DNA of 64,000 nt. Origin: Candidatus Microgenomatus sp. (lineage in GTDB: Bacteria > Patescibacteriota > Microgenomatia > UBA8517). The notes under the pieces were generated by a model that did not search any database, was not told where the DNA came from, and was given only the letters and a program-made list of their open reading frames with translations. The stretch is from NCBI GenBank assembly GCA_020724585.1, contig DYGS01000001.1, positions 559,027-623,026 on the forward strand. Reading direction: 5' to 3'. The first letter of the stretch is position 1, and every line of letters starts with the position of its first letter. This document shows, in pieces, positions 54,109 through 63,026 of the stretch. A program made the position numbers and the translations under genes.

Positions 54109-56422
54109 TTATTTTTATCTCTTCATTAATATTAATGATTTCTAAGTTAGTAATACCTTCTGGTAAATAGCTTTGATATTTCTTGGCATCTTCTACATTT
54201 TTTGTATACACAAAAAGTGTATCTATATTTTCATCTCTCATTTTACTTCCAAAGAATAAAATATCATTTTTAATATTTTCATCTTTTTTAATATAAGTTG
54301 ATAGCCAATATGATTTATTGGCTATTTTTGGAGTAAAACCTAGTTTTGATTTATATAGAATTAAACCACTACTTAAATCAGTTCCGTAAAAATTAGTATC
54401 TTGTCCAAATGAAATTTCCTCATAATTTTTACTTAATGCATATTCTATAAATTTATAATCCATCAAAAGCATATTTTCACCCCATGCATATCCAATTCCT
54501 AAAATTTTATTTGTCTCAAAAAACAATTCTCCACCGACCAATTTTCCATCTTGGTATGTAAATACCCCACTAATTTTCTTACCTTTTTTATTTTTTGCTT
54601 CTAACCAACTTAAGGTAATTTTAGATTCAGTTTTAAACTTATTTTTTAAGTAATTTTTATATCCTTCAAACCATTCGCTATATAAATTACTATCTATTTC
54701 CTTAATAATCTTTACATCTAGTCCTAGTTTTAAATCATGTTTAATATGATCCCTTGTTTTGCTGGATTTAATATGTTCCAGTGCACTTTTACTTTTATCT
54801 AATTTCTTTCGCCATGCAATTTTATATGGCCTTCTTATTCCTTGTCCTTGATCTATATAAGTATTAACCAGATCTGCTGTTTCCAAATCTATTGACTTTT
54901 TGGCATTTTTAATTCTTTTAACATATAAATTATTTAACCCTCCTTCCTTTTTAAGCCCCATCTCAATTTCAACAAGTCCCAGCATTTTATAAACAAACTC
55001 TATAGCTTTAGCATTTTGTGGTAAAACATTTCCATTTTTATCTACCATCTGACCTCTTAGGATAAACCTGAGCATTCGCTCATGTGGATCATAAACATTT
55101 CCAGATCTTTTATTTACATCCTCCGTTATTAAAAATTCACCATTCTGCTCCAGATGCCAACTTGCATAACCTTCTCGTAAAAATTCTAGCTTGTCATCAG
55201 CTAGCTTATACACACCCGCTTTAATAACTTTTGTATCAACTGAAGAACTATTTACATTGTTGTACATTACAAGTTGACTAGCGTTATACTTTTGTTTGTA
55301 TGTTTTATCTATCTCTTCAAAATTAATTTCATACGGAATATCTAAATGTTCCAAATTATGAAAAACTTGAAATGGTATAGTACCTTTTTCCATTTGCAAC
55401 ATAAGTATTAATGGAAATGCGTCTGTTTCTCTTGGATTACATTCAACTGGCCAAACCTCACCGTCTTTATCAACAATTAAATCAATTCCAAAAATACCTT
55501 TGTAGCCTTGACTATAAATATAATCACCAAACTTTTTAGCAATATGATCTGCCTGTTTTTGGCTTTTTTCACTAAATTCATTAACTACCCAATCATGACC
55601 TGAATAAACACCACTTCTATTATTAAGTTTTGCGTTAACTTCAGGCACATCAACAAGTTGTGTTTGGATAGAACCAACAAAAGTGCCATATTTAGTTGCA
55701 CAGCAAGGAACACTTGAGGAAATACCAGTTATAAAAGGTGCCACATTTACGGATCTAATTTCTTTTTCTGTATCTTTTAGTTTATCAAATAATTCAAGTG
55801 TTCTTGTTTCATATTTTTTATAATCTTCTTCATTTTCAATAAAAAATGTTCCTGTTCCACCACCCCAAGTTGCTTCCGCAATTTGTAAAACTATCTTTTC
55901 TACATTATATTTTTGTTTATACTCCTCAATTATTTTGTAATTTAAATCTTTAATTTCGTAATTTTCCCCTGGTATAGTTTTAACTCCTAATTCACGGAGA
56001 AGTTCTTTAAAATATTTTTTGTTCTCATATTTATCTCTAACATTTCTTTTATTTCCTACAAAATCCCAACCATTTTTTTCTAAGGTTTCCTCAAACTTTC
56101 CCATTGATTTGTAAACAACAAATTTGAAAGGTTCTTTAATTTCACTTAAAAACTTTTTGGCTAAATCTGTTGAGATAATATTTCCTGGCGTAATCGGAGA
56201 AATTTGAACATATTTATCAATTTGCTTTTGTGAATAGACACTAAAACCATCTTGCCTTATATACTCATTGTCTTGGCAATCATTAGCAACTAAATTTTTA
56301 AACTTTGGAAAATAAAAATCATTAATTATTCTCGGCCAAGCAGAAGGCCCCAATCCCACCAGAAGTGGAGCTTTACTAATTGCATTTTCAATTGATTTGG
56401 GAAGTTTTGCAATTTTAAACAT
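54077..56422 (-). CDS. fusion protein: N-terminal ATP-grasp amide ligase domain + C-terminal FemAB/GNAT-like (aminoacyl-transfer) domain
   Basis: ATP-grasp C-terminal signature GIFGIDLIVDKDGEVWPVECNPRETD. C-terminal ~300 aa with Fem-like pattern (GVFTYQDGKLVGGELFFETNKILGIGYAWGEN...KSKLGF). Confidence 0.55.
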   Translation of the reverse strand: MFKIAKLPKSIENAISKAPLLVGLGPSAWPRIINDFYFPKFKNLVANDCQDNEYIRQDGFSVYSQKQIDKYVQISPITPGNIISTDLAKKFLSEIKEPFKFVVYKSMGKFEETLEKNGWDFVGNKRNVRDKYENKKYFKELLRELGVKTIPGENYEIKDLNYKIIEEYKQKYNVEKIVLQIAEATWGGGTGTFFIENEEDYKKYETRTLELFDKLKDTEKEIRSVNVAPFITGISSSVPCCATKYGTFVGSIQTQLVDVPEVNAKLNNRSGVYSGHDWVVNEFSEKSQKQADHIAKKFGDYIYSQGYKGIFGIDLIVDKDGEVWPVECNPRETDAFPLILMLQMEKGTIPFQVFHNLEHLDIPYEINFEEIDKTYKQKYNASQLVMYNNVNSSSVDTKVIKAGVYKLADDKLEFLREGYASWHLEQNGEFLITEDVNKRSGNVYDPHERMLRFILRGQMVDKNGNVLPQNAKAIEFVYKMLGLVEIEMGLKKEGGLNNLYVKRIKNAKKSIDLETADLVNTYIDQGQGIRRPYKIAWRKKLDKSKSALEHIKSSKTRDHIKHDLKLGLDVKIIKEIDSNLYSEWFEGYKNYLKNKFKTESKITLSWLEAKNKKGKKISGVFTYQDGKLVGGELFFETNKILGIGYAWGENMLLMDYKFIEYALSKNYEEISFGQDTNFYGTDLSSGLILYKSKLGFTPKIANKSYWLSTYIKKDENIKNDILFFGSKMRDENIDTLFVYTKNVEDAKKYQSYLPEGITNLEIININEEIKINAEKFTKTKS

Positions 56423-56425
56423 AAT

Positions 56426-57763
56426 CTATGCCCATTTAACTTTAACTAATTTATCTTTTTCAATTTCAGGGCTAACTAAAAAACCCTGCAGATCAGTTCT
56501 TCCTATCAATATACTGTAACGAAGTAATTTTCTATCTGCAACCGTAACTTTTGTTTGCATCTTTTTACCAGCAAGTTTTAAAATTACCTCCAAAACGGGT
56601 CTTTCTTCCTCTCCAAGCGATGATAATTTTTTTCTTGTTGTAATTATCTTATTTTTCTTTAATAGACCAAGTTTTTTAGCTACCCCTACATCGATAGCAG
56701 ATGACCATGCACCGGTATCAATCTTCGCTAAAAACTTTTTCCACTTTCCAAATTGATCCTTAATAAATACATCTTCAACTGCCTTTACTACTGGAGTCTC
56801 CTCTCTAAATTTAACCCTATCGGAAAATTTACCGGCAAAAAGAGCTTTAGAAATTTTTATCCCGTGAGAAACATTTATAACTGCCAAATCATCTATCCTC
56901 TCAAGCCTTTTTTTTAATCCTTCATTATTAGCAAGTTGGATAGATAGACCGGGCTGGGCATTTAACTCAATTACCATGGGGCCTTTTTCAGGATGAAGCA
57001 CAATATCAATACCTGCATATCCTAAACCTGATGCCATTTGAGCCTTGACAGCCGTTTCCAAAATCAAATTCCATTGAGGTATTTTTATGCCGTTTAATTT
57101 GCGCAAAGTTCCAGGTTTGAACACAATTTGTCTGTTGTGTTGGATAGCATTTGTGGTTATTCCATAAGCCAAATCAATCCCCAACCCCAATGCTCCCTGA
57201 TGAAGATTGGCCCTTCCCCCTGATTCTTTAGTTGGAAGCCTAAGCATTGCCATTACAGGAATTTTATTAAAGACAATTATTCTAATATCCGGTGTTCCCC
57301 TGTATGCATATTTCCTAAAAACTTTATGTCTGCCTACATATTCTTGGATAAAAGCAACATCAGGTTCATTTCCTATTGAATAAGCCCCCTCTAAGATATC
57401 CAAACAATGCAATTTCAAATCCTCTGCATTAATTTTAATTTTTGAAGATGTCATCCAATTTATCATTTGTAATTTATCATTTGTAATTTTAAGTCGTTTC
57501 TTAACGACGATGATTCCTTCTCCGCCCAAACCTCTTGAAGGTTTGACTGCAAATGAACTGGGCAAACTCTCCCAATTAAAATTATCAACATCGGAATATT
57601 TTTTGAATTTTGCTAAAACTTTTGGATGTGCAATTTTATTTTTCTTCAAAACTTTATATGTCTGTAATTTAGAATTGGCGATCTTTTTTGCCTCACGAGA
57701 GTTATACTTTGCTGTATAAAGCGTATTTCTGGCATTTAAACCCAAAATTGAAGAAATTTTCAT
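56426..57763 (-). CDS. fusion protein: RimK-related alpha-L-glutamate-ligase-like ATP-grasp + C-terminal retropepsin-like aspartyl peptidase (DUF785-like)
   Basis: N-terminal ILGLNARNTLY typical of RimK-related ligases. ATP-grasp core. C-terminal D-T-G-A aspartyl protease motif KIDTGAWSSAIDVG. Carries in-frame repeat LKITNDKLQMINW. Confidence 0.6.
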   Translation of the reverse strand: MKISSILGLNARNTLYTAKYNSREAKKIANSKLQTYKVLKKNKIAHPKVLAKFKKYSDVDNFNWESLPSSFAVKPSRGLGGEGIIVVKKRLKITNDKLQMINWMTSSKIKINAEDLKLHCLDILEGAYSIGNEPDVAFIQEYVGRHKVFRKYAYRGTPDIRIIVFNKIPVMAMLRLPTKESGGRANLHQGALGLGIDLAYGITTNAIQHNRQIVFKPGTLRKLNGIKIPQWNLILETAVKAQMASGLGYAGIDIVLHPEKGPMVIELNAQPGLSIQLANNEGLKKRLERIDDLAVINVSHGIKISKALFAGKFSDRVKFREETPVVKAVEDVFIKDQFGKWKKFLAKIDTGAWSSAIDVGVAKKLGLLKKNKIITTRKKLSSLGEEERPVLEVILKLAGKKMQTKVTVADRKLLRYSILIGRTDLQGFLVSPEIEKDKLVKVKWA

Positions 57764-57769
57764 GTAACT

Positions 57770-58387
57770 TTAACTTTTAATAAACTTGCGAAACCTTAAG
57801 TATTCAGTAAATCTTAAGCCAACAAACCTACCCAAAATTATATTTATCAAAAATACTCCTGCTAGAGAAACTTCAGGATTTAATAAAACAAATTCCTGCA
57901 GAGGTTTATAGGTTAATACGGCGTATGACACAAGTGCCAAAATTAAAGTTTGAAATGTTAAGTTTATAGCCGTTTTAATCGATTTGCCAATTTGAATTCT
58001 AGTAAAATCCTCTGTCAGTAAAATTAATATAAAAACAGGAAAAATTGAGACATTTTGAGGATATATAAATAGTACGCCCAAAATTGAAATTGACACAAAC
58101 CATAGAATGATTGCCATTTTAGGGAGGTATTGAAGTTTAAGTTTAAGTTTTCTGGAAATTACACGAACAGTAGTTGAAACCAAGGCAATTAAAATAAAAA
58201 GTAAAATTCCAAGAATTGGGCCTATCGCCAAAAAGGACATGGCAAGGGCCGCAGGCAAAAAAATTCCAAAACCCCGAATGCCTACGATTTGCCTGACGGC
58301 GGCTATAACTGTTGCAATAACAGGAAGAAGCAAAAGCATTATTATCGAATTTTGGGAAACGCCGGCGCCAATAAGCAAATCTGTCAT
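57770..58387 (-). CDS. polytopic (6-7 TM) membrane protein, the '7TM' partner of the RimK-like/retropepsin system
   Basis: 205 aa, almost entirely hydrophobic helices; 7 nt upstream of the ATP-grasp/peptidase gene. Confidence 0.55.
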   Translation of the reverse strand: MTDLLIGAGVSQNSIIMLLLLPVIATVIAAVRQIVGIRGFGIFLPAALAMSFLAIGPILGILLFILIALVSTTVRVISRKLKLKLQYLPKMAIILWFVSISILGVLFIYPQNVSIFPVFILILLTEDFTRIQIGKSIKTAINLTFQTLILALVSYAVLTYKPLQEFVLLNPEVSLAGVFLINIILGRFVGLRFTEYLRFRKFIKS

Positions 58388-58413
58388 GGGAATATAAAAA
58401 GTATTATACCAAA

Positions 58414-59214
58414 TCAGACATATTTAATACTAGATTTTAAAAGATTATAAAAATTGTCACAAAACTGCCTTACAAACACTTGATCAGCAAAAAAGTTGCT
58501 TAAATCAAAATACAAATCGTCAGGTTTTACTTTCTTTGCCTTAGCTAAAATATTCTTTACCAATTCTCTTGTAATTAATTTACCATCAAGGCCTAACTTT
58601 ATACCATCGTTAACCATCCAATAAACATCAAACGCATCCCTACCTTTGAAATTTACCTTTTGAATATTGCCGCGTTTATATATACGATTTAAATAAGCGT
58701 CAACTTTATTTACAAATAGCGTATTCAAATCATAACATCTTGCAAAAAAAGTAAATCCATTAGAAGTGAAGGGTTTAATGACTGTTTTGCCTTTGTCACT
58801 TTGAGCAAAGTCAATTTTTAAATACAAGACCTCTGATTCGTTTGGCCCTGCAAAACCTATTTCCCTTAATATTGGAAATTTGATCAAAACTGTTTTATGA
58901 CTAAATTTTAAGCTAAATTTATCAAATTTGAGTTTTTTAATAAAATAATCTGACAAATCTTTTTGGAACTTTTCAAAATTAAAATCTGATTCTTCAAAGT
59001 TAAAATCCAAATCTTCAGAAATTCTTGGCAAATCATAAAATTTACGGAGACAAGTTTCGCCTGTAAATATTAAATCTTTATATTTTGATGTATAAATAAA
59101 ATTTAAAACATAAACTTGCAATCTTTCTTTCAAAAGGTTTCTTCTAAATTCAGGGTTGGGATTGTTTTTATTATCCTCAACCACCTTTTTTAGCTCATCA
59201 ATTATTATTGCCAT
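58414..59214 (-). CDS. abiEii: AbiEii-family nucleotidyltransferase toxin (type IV TA / abortive infection)
   Basis: IFTGETCLRKFYDLPRISEDLDFNFE matches the AbiEii motif (GGTAL..hyg..R.SeDlDF). Confidence 0.7.
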   Translation of the reverse strand: MAIIIDELKKVVEDNKNNPNPEFRRNLLKERLQVYVLNFIYTSKYKDLIFTGETCLRKFYDLPRISEDLDFNFEESDFNFEKFQKDLSDYFIKKLKFDKFSLKFSHKTVLIKFPILREIGFAGPNESEVLYLKIDFAQSDKGKTVIKPFTSNGFTFFARCYDLNTLFVNKVDAYLNRIYKRGNIQKVNFKGRDAFDVYWMVNDGIKLGLDGKLITRELVKNILAKAKKVKPDDLYFDLSNFFADQVFVRQFCDNFYNLLKSSIKYV

Positions 59215-59831
59215 TTTAGTATCTTAACTACCCTTCTCATTTTAACAGAATTGCTTAAATCAACATATTTTTTAAACTCATCGATATCATCGTTTGTAAA
59301 ATCATTTAAATTAAGTCTTAATCCTTCTGTTAATTCATACTCGAGACTAGAATTTCCAAAACTTCTTAAATAAATTGTATCAAAAAGTGCTTTTGCCTTT
59401 GTTGCTAGTCTTACAGGGTTGTTTTTATAATCAAACTCTTTGTAACCTAAAAATAAACTCTGTTTTATGTTTTGATATCTAAAATTTCCCAACTTATTAA
59501 TAAAAAGCCTTGATGATTTAGTAGTTATTGAGGTTGTAACATAAACGCCCTCGGGTATTATGCCGTATATGCTAAGCATGTATTCAAGTGAAATATATGA
59601 AGGATATCTCAAAACATTTGCAATAAATTGAATATATTTTTCGTAAATTCCTGCAGTTTCTTCAATTCTAGCTAAATATAAGCGAGATACAAATAATCCC
59701 TTTTTTAAGGCAATAATTTCTCCACTCTTTAGCCTTGTTTTAATCCAGTAATCAAGATTTGAACCAGATTTGCCCAAGGCCGTACCCAAAGTAACCTTGT
59801 TAAAATATGGTAACCTATCAATATATTCCAT
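59205..59831 (-). CDS. abiEi: AbiEi-family antitoxin / transcriptional regulator
   Basis: 208-aa ORF overlapping the AbiEii gene by 10 nt; N-terminal winged-helix-like region; size and position fit AbiEi. Confidence 0.6.
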   Translation of the reverse strand: MEYIDRLPYFNKVTLGTALGKSGSNLDYWIKTRLKSGEIIALKKGLFVSRLYLARIEETAGIYEKYIQFIANVLRYPSYISLEYMLSIYGIIPEGVYVTTSITTKSSRLFINKLGNFRYQNIKQSLFLGYKEFDYKNNPVRLATKAKALFDTIYLRSFGNSSLEYELTEGLRLNLNDFTNDDIDEFKKYVDLSNSVKMRRVVKILKWQ

Positions 59832-59926
59832 AATTAGTTAAAATTTTAACTAATTTTAGAATAAAAGTCAAGTTTAATCTGAAGCTCTACTTAAAATTCA
59901 AAAAACTTGGCCACACTTTTCAAAAT

Positions 59927-60433
59927 TTAGTATCCGCTTGGGGTTGAGGTCGGTGAAAACGAAGCATTTGGGGAAGCAGAGTCCTTGGGTGTTGCTGTTG
60001 GCTTTGGAGTTGCACTGGGACTGGCAGTATTCACTAATTCGGTCTCCTCTTGTAAACGGATGATCTCCTGATCCAGATTAATTGTAGCAACATCAATTAT
60101 TCTTTTCTCCGAAGGTCTATATAAAATTGCTTTTTTGTTAGCAACATAAATTAGAAACTTATCCCCCTGTTTTGCTCTTTCAAAAAAAATATTTTCTTTA
60201 AGTTTATCTAAGTCATCAACAGTGGCAATTATCGGCTTTTCATCTGTAGGTAGAGCTATCAATCTAGATACCTCCATAATCACTCTATCGTTTTCTGCAC
60301 TAGACAAGCCAATAGTTGTCCTAATTCCCAAGATTTCAGGCTTTAATTTCACTATGCCAAACACAATGCCTCCGCCTATCGTAAGTGACATCAAAATTAC
60401 AAGAAAGATTTTAAGAAAATTTAAAAATCCCAT
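59927..60433 (-). CDS. N-terminally membrane-anchored protein with Pro/Thr/Ser-rich C-terminus
   Basis: TM ILMSLTIGGGIVFGIV; C-term SPSATPKPTATPKDSASPNASFSPTSTPSGY. Confidence 0.4.
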   Translation of the reverse strand: MGFLNFLKIFLVILMSLTIGGGIVFGIVKLKPEILGIRTTIGLSSAENDRVIMEVSRLIALPTDEKPIIATVDDLDKLKENIFFERAKQGDKFLIYVANKKAILYRPSEKRIIDVATINLDQEIIRLQEETELVNTASPSATPKPTATPKDSASPNASFSPTSTPSGY

Positions 60434-60567
60434 ACTTTAAAGGTAACGACTTATTTATAACACTCTCTTGTAAGGTTTTACAATCCCCAAAATTCCTTTA
60501 AAGTAAGTATCATAGGCACAAAAAGGCACTTGCAAAGTAAATCCTAACAAGCTATGGTTAATAGAGT

Positions 60568-61269
60568 ATGCCTGCCTATACATATTATAAGGTAACAAAC
60601 AAAAGTAAAACCGGTGAACAAATTTTTAAAACAGACAATGATTTTAGTGTATTCTTGGGTTTTTTATCTGAATATTTAAATCCCCCACAGGATCCTTCCA
60701 AATACAAAAAAACATTTTCGGTTGGAGGCAGAGTCTTTCAGGGAATCCCCCATCTCCCCAAAAATTATTTTGGTAAATTAAGCTTGGTTACTTATTCACT
60801 ACAAAATGATGAATTTAACTTACTGCTAAAAGAAATTGTGGCGGGATCGATTACAAGTTTTGTCAAATCTCTTCTAACGCGCTATTCAATCTACTATAAT
60901 AAAAAATATCATCACAACGGATCTGTTTTTAAAGGTCCATGCAAGACAATCAAAATCGTCAATAGAGAGGATATAAATTCAACTATTTATGAATTAGACA
61001 ATAAGAGCAGACACACCCCGAAAGGTGCGTACCCAGATACTAGTGAAGTTTCTAAGGATCAGATTCAGAATGTATCAAAGTATTTATATCTACATCAAAG
61101 AGTACCAGAACTGGTCATTGCATGTTTGATCTTTGTACTTCTCGTAGCAATAGGGGTTCGCCAGACATTTATTTCAAAAAACATCGAGGGAGAAGTCGCC
61201 GGAATATCCACGGAAAAAACTGACCAAAAAGAAATAAATTTTAGATTGCCGGAGGGACTTAAAAAATGA
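60568..61269 (+). CDS. IS200/RAYT-like (Y1 transposase fold) domain protein with degenerate catalytic motifs and a C-terminal TM helix; likely inactive/domesticated
   Basis: YYKVTNKSKTGEQIFKTDNDFSVFLGFL and RYSIYYNKKYHHNGSVFKGPCKTIKIV resemble the transposase_17 core. The HuH position reads NDEF and the catalytic Tyr is replaced. Confidence 0.5.
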   Translation: MPAYTYYKVTNKSKTGEQIFKTDNDFSVFLGFLSEYLNPPQDPSKYKKTFSVGGRVFQGIPHLPKNYFGKLSLVTYSLQNDEFNLLLKEIVAGSITSFVKSLLTRYSIYYNKKYHHNGSVFKGPCKTIKIVNREDINSTIYELDNKSRHTPKGAYPDTSEVSKDQIQNVSKYLYLHQRVPELVIACLIFVLLVAIGVRQTFISKNIEGEVAGISTEKTDQKEINFRLPEGLKK

Positions 61270-61413
61270 ATAAAACTCTAACTTATGCCGGTTTTGCAGC
61301 AGCTTGCCTTTTTGTAATATTGCTTTTTGTAACAGCCAAATCATATACACAACTTGGCCTTGCAATTGTTATATATCCTTTAGTTGCCTATTTCGCATTA
61401 AAAATATTTCCTC

Positions 61414-61905
61414 GTGAACAGCGTGTACAGACTGTTCCTCAAGTTCATCATCAAACCCAGAATTACTCCCTGCCCACAACAGGGATTCCTTGGAACAGCT
61501 GAAAAAGTTGATGTTGTTGATGTTGACAAAAGAACTTTTTTAAAGTTAATAGGCGCAACTGGGCTGTCATTCTTTTTATTCTCGCTTTTAGGGCGCAGAA
61601 CCGAAACATTGCTTTTTGGAGAAAGTATCGACTCAAGGCTTTCGGTGATAGAAAACTCTTTGACCGGAAATACATACGGTACGACTCAAAATCAAGGATA
61701 TAGAATATCAGAAGTTGCCAATGACGAGGCCGCCACCCACTATGGATTTTTGAATGACAAGGGAGAGTGGTTTATAATGAGGGAGGATATTGAAACCGGA
61801 TCGTTTAGATACGCCCGAGGTGCTAGCCATTTTCCTGAAAGTTGGAGCCGACGCAAAAATTTAGCATACGATTATTATCACAATATTTTCAAGCAATCAA
61901 ATTAA
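61414..61905 (+). CDS. hypothetical protein with N-terminal signal/TM; possibly one gene with the overlapping 61266..61502 ORF via a frameshift
   Basis: Two overlapping same-strand ORFs in different frames; KRTFLKLIGATGLSFFLF signal-like segment. Confidence 0.35.
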   Translation: MNSVYRLFLKFIIKPRITPCPQQGFLGTAEKVDVVDVDKRTFLKLIGATGLSFFLFSLLGRRTETLLFGESIDSRLSVIENSLTGNTYGTTQNQGYRISEVANDEAATHYGFLNDKGEWFIMREDIETGSFRYARGASHFPESWSRRKNLAYDYYHNIFKQSN

Positions 61906-62909
61906 TAGGCGTTCTTAGTCTTCATTAGGAAACTTACATAAGCTACCATTCCAAAAATTATCAATACAAAAACTGCCAACTGTCGCATATAAATTGGGGC
62001 AACTATCATTTTTAATTCCTCAACTGGAGAACCAACCATCAGTTCCCAAGTTAGACCTCCAACACTAATTTTTTCTTTCTGGACTAAAACAAGATTTAAT
62101 TGGTCATTTTCAGAGCCGTATAAAACTTTCCCGTTGGCATCTTTTAGAATGGTCGTCGTTAAACTGGAGACCTCCATTTTGCCTAAAAAGTTTTGTACAA
62201 GATTTTCTAAATCAATTGAGGCAGCAATTAAGCCAACAAAAAGACCGTCTTTAAAAACAGGTGAAGCAACGGGAACAATTACCCTCCCCTTAGTTGCGCC
62301 CAAACGACTTACAACGGGAGTCCCAACAAAATACTCCCCTATTTCTGCCTGATTTTTCGCCCACTTAAAATAATCCCTATCAGAAACATCACCACCAACA
62401 TCAGCAACACCACTTACATTAGAATTATAAACAACATTGCCGCTTTTATTCACAAATATTAGTCCTCCAATCAACCCGCTATCTTTCCATTGGTTGACAA
62501 AAGCACTTAAAATTTGCTCTGCTTCTTTTTTTCCTGATTCAACACTTGGGGATTGAGATATGACTGTAAGCTCCCCACCAAAAATCTCAAAAAAAGAGGA
62601 AAGGTTTGCCGCTTGAGCTTTTGTGATTACTTGAAGCTTTCTGCCAATTCTTTCTTCTATTTCCTCTTTTGTGTCTTTAGTTAGTAATAAATAAAACGCA
62701 GCTGCCAAAACCACTATCAAAGCTAAATTTAAAACCCAAATTTTTTTCAAGATGTCTCTTAACAGCATATCTCTTCTCAGCAAACCAACGGCTACAATAA
62801 TTAAACGCAATTTATATTTATCTGTCAATATACATTGAGACACAAATTTCGCAGTTGATAATAGTTTGAGGTCTATGTCATTGCGAGGAAGCTTAAGGCG
62901 ACGCGGCAA
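61902..62909 (-). CDS. membrane protein with periplasmic Cache-like sensor domain between two TM helices
   Basis: TM1 VLNLALIVVLAAAFYLLL, ~250-aa extracytoplasmic domain, TM2 LAVFVLIIFGMVAYVSFL. Probable start at an internal Met (~62770). Confidence 0.5.
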   Translation of the reverse strand: MPRRLKLPRNDIDLKLLSTAKFVSQCILTDKYKLRLIIVAVGLLRRDMLLRDILKKIWVLNLALIVVLAAAFYLLLTKDTKEEIEERIGRKLQVITKAQAANLSSFFEIFGGELTVISQSPSVESGKKEAEQILSAFVNQWKDSGLIGGLIFVNKSGNVVYNSNVSGVADVGGDVSDRDYFKWAKNQAEIGEYFVGTPVVSRLGATKGRVIVPVASPVFKDGLFVGLIAASIDLENLVQNFLGKMEVSSLTTTILKDANGKVLYGSENDQLNLVLVQKEKISVGGLTWELMVGSPVEELKMIVAPIYMRQLAVFVLIIFGMVAYVSFLMKTKNAY

Positions 62910-62945
62910 TCTGGGCTTGAGATTGCTTCACTATGTTCGCAATGA
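62880..62945. repeat. MITE-like repeat, short version, with perfect 10-bp TIRs GTCATTGCGA...TCGCAATGAC
   Basis: Right half GAGATTGCTTCACTATGTTCGCAATGACACTTAGT matches 4241-4275. Confidence 0.55.
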
Positions 62946-63026
62946 CACTTAGTACGAAACTTGCGTGAGAATGACTTTTTGTTCTGTACTCGTTATACTT
63001 AAAGAAACTCGAATTTGCATTAGCAA

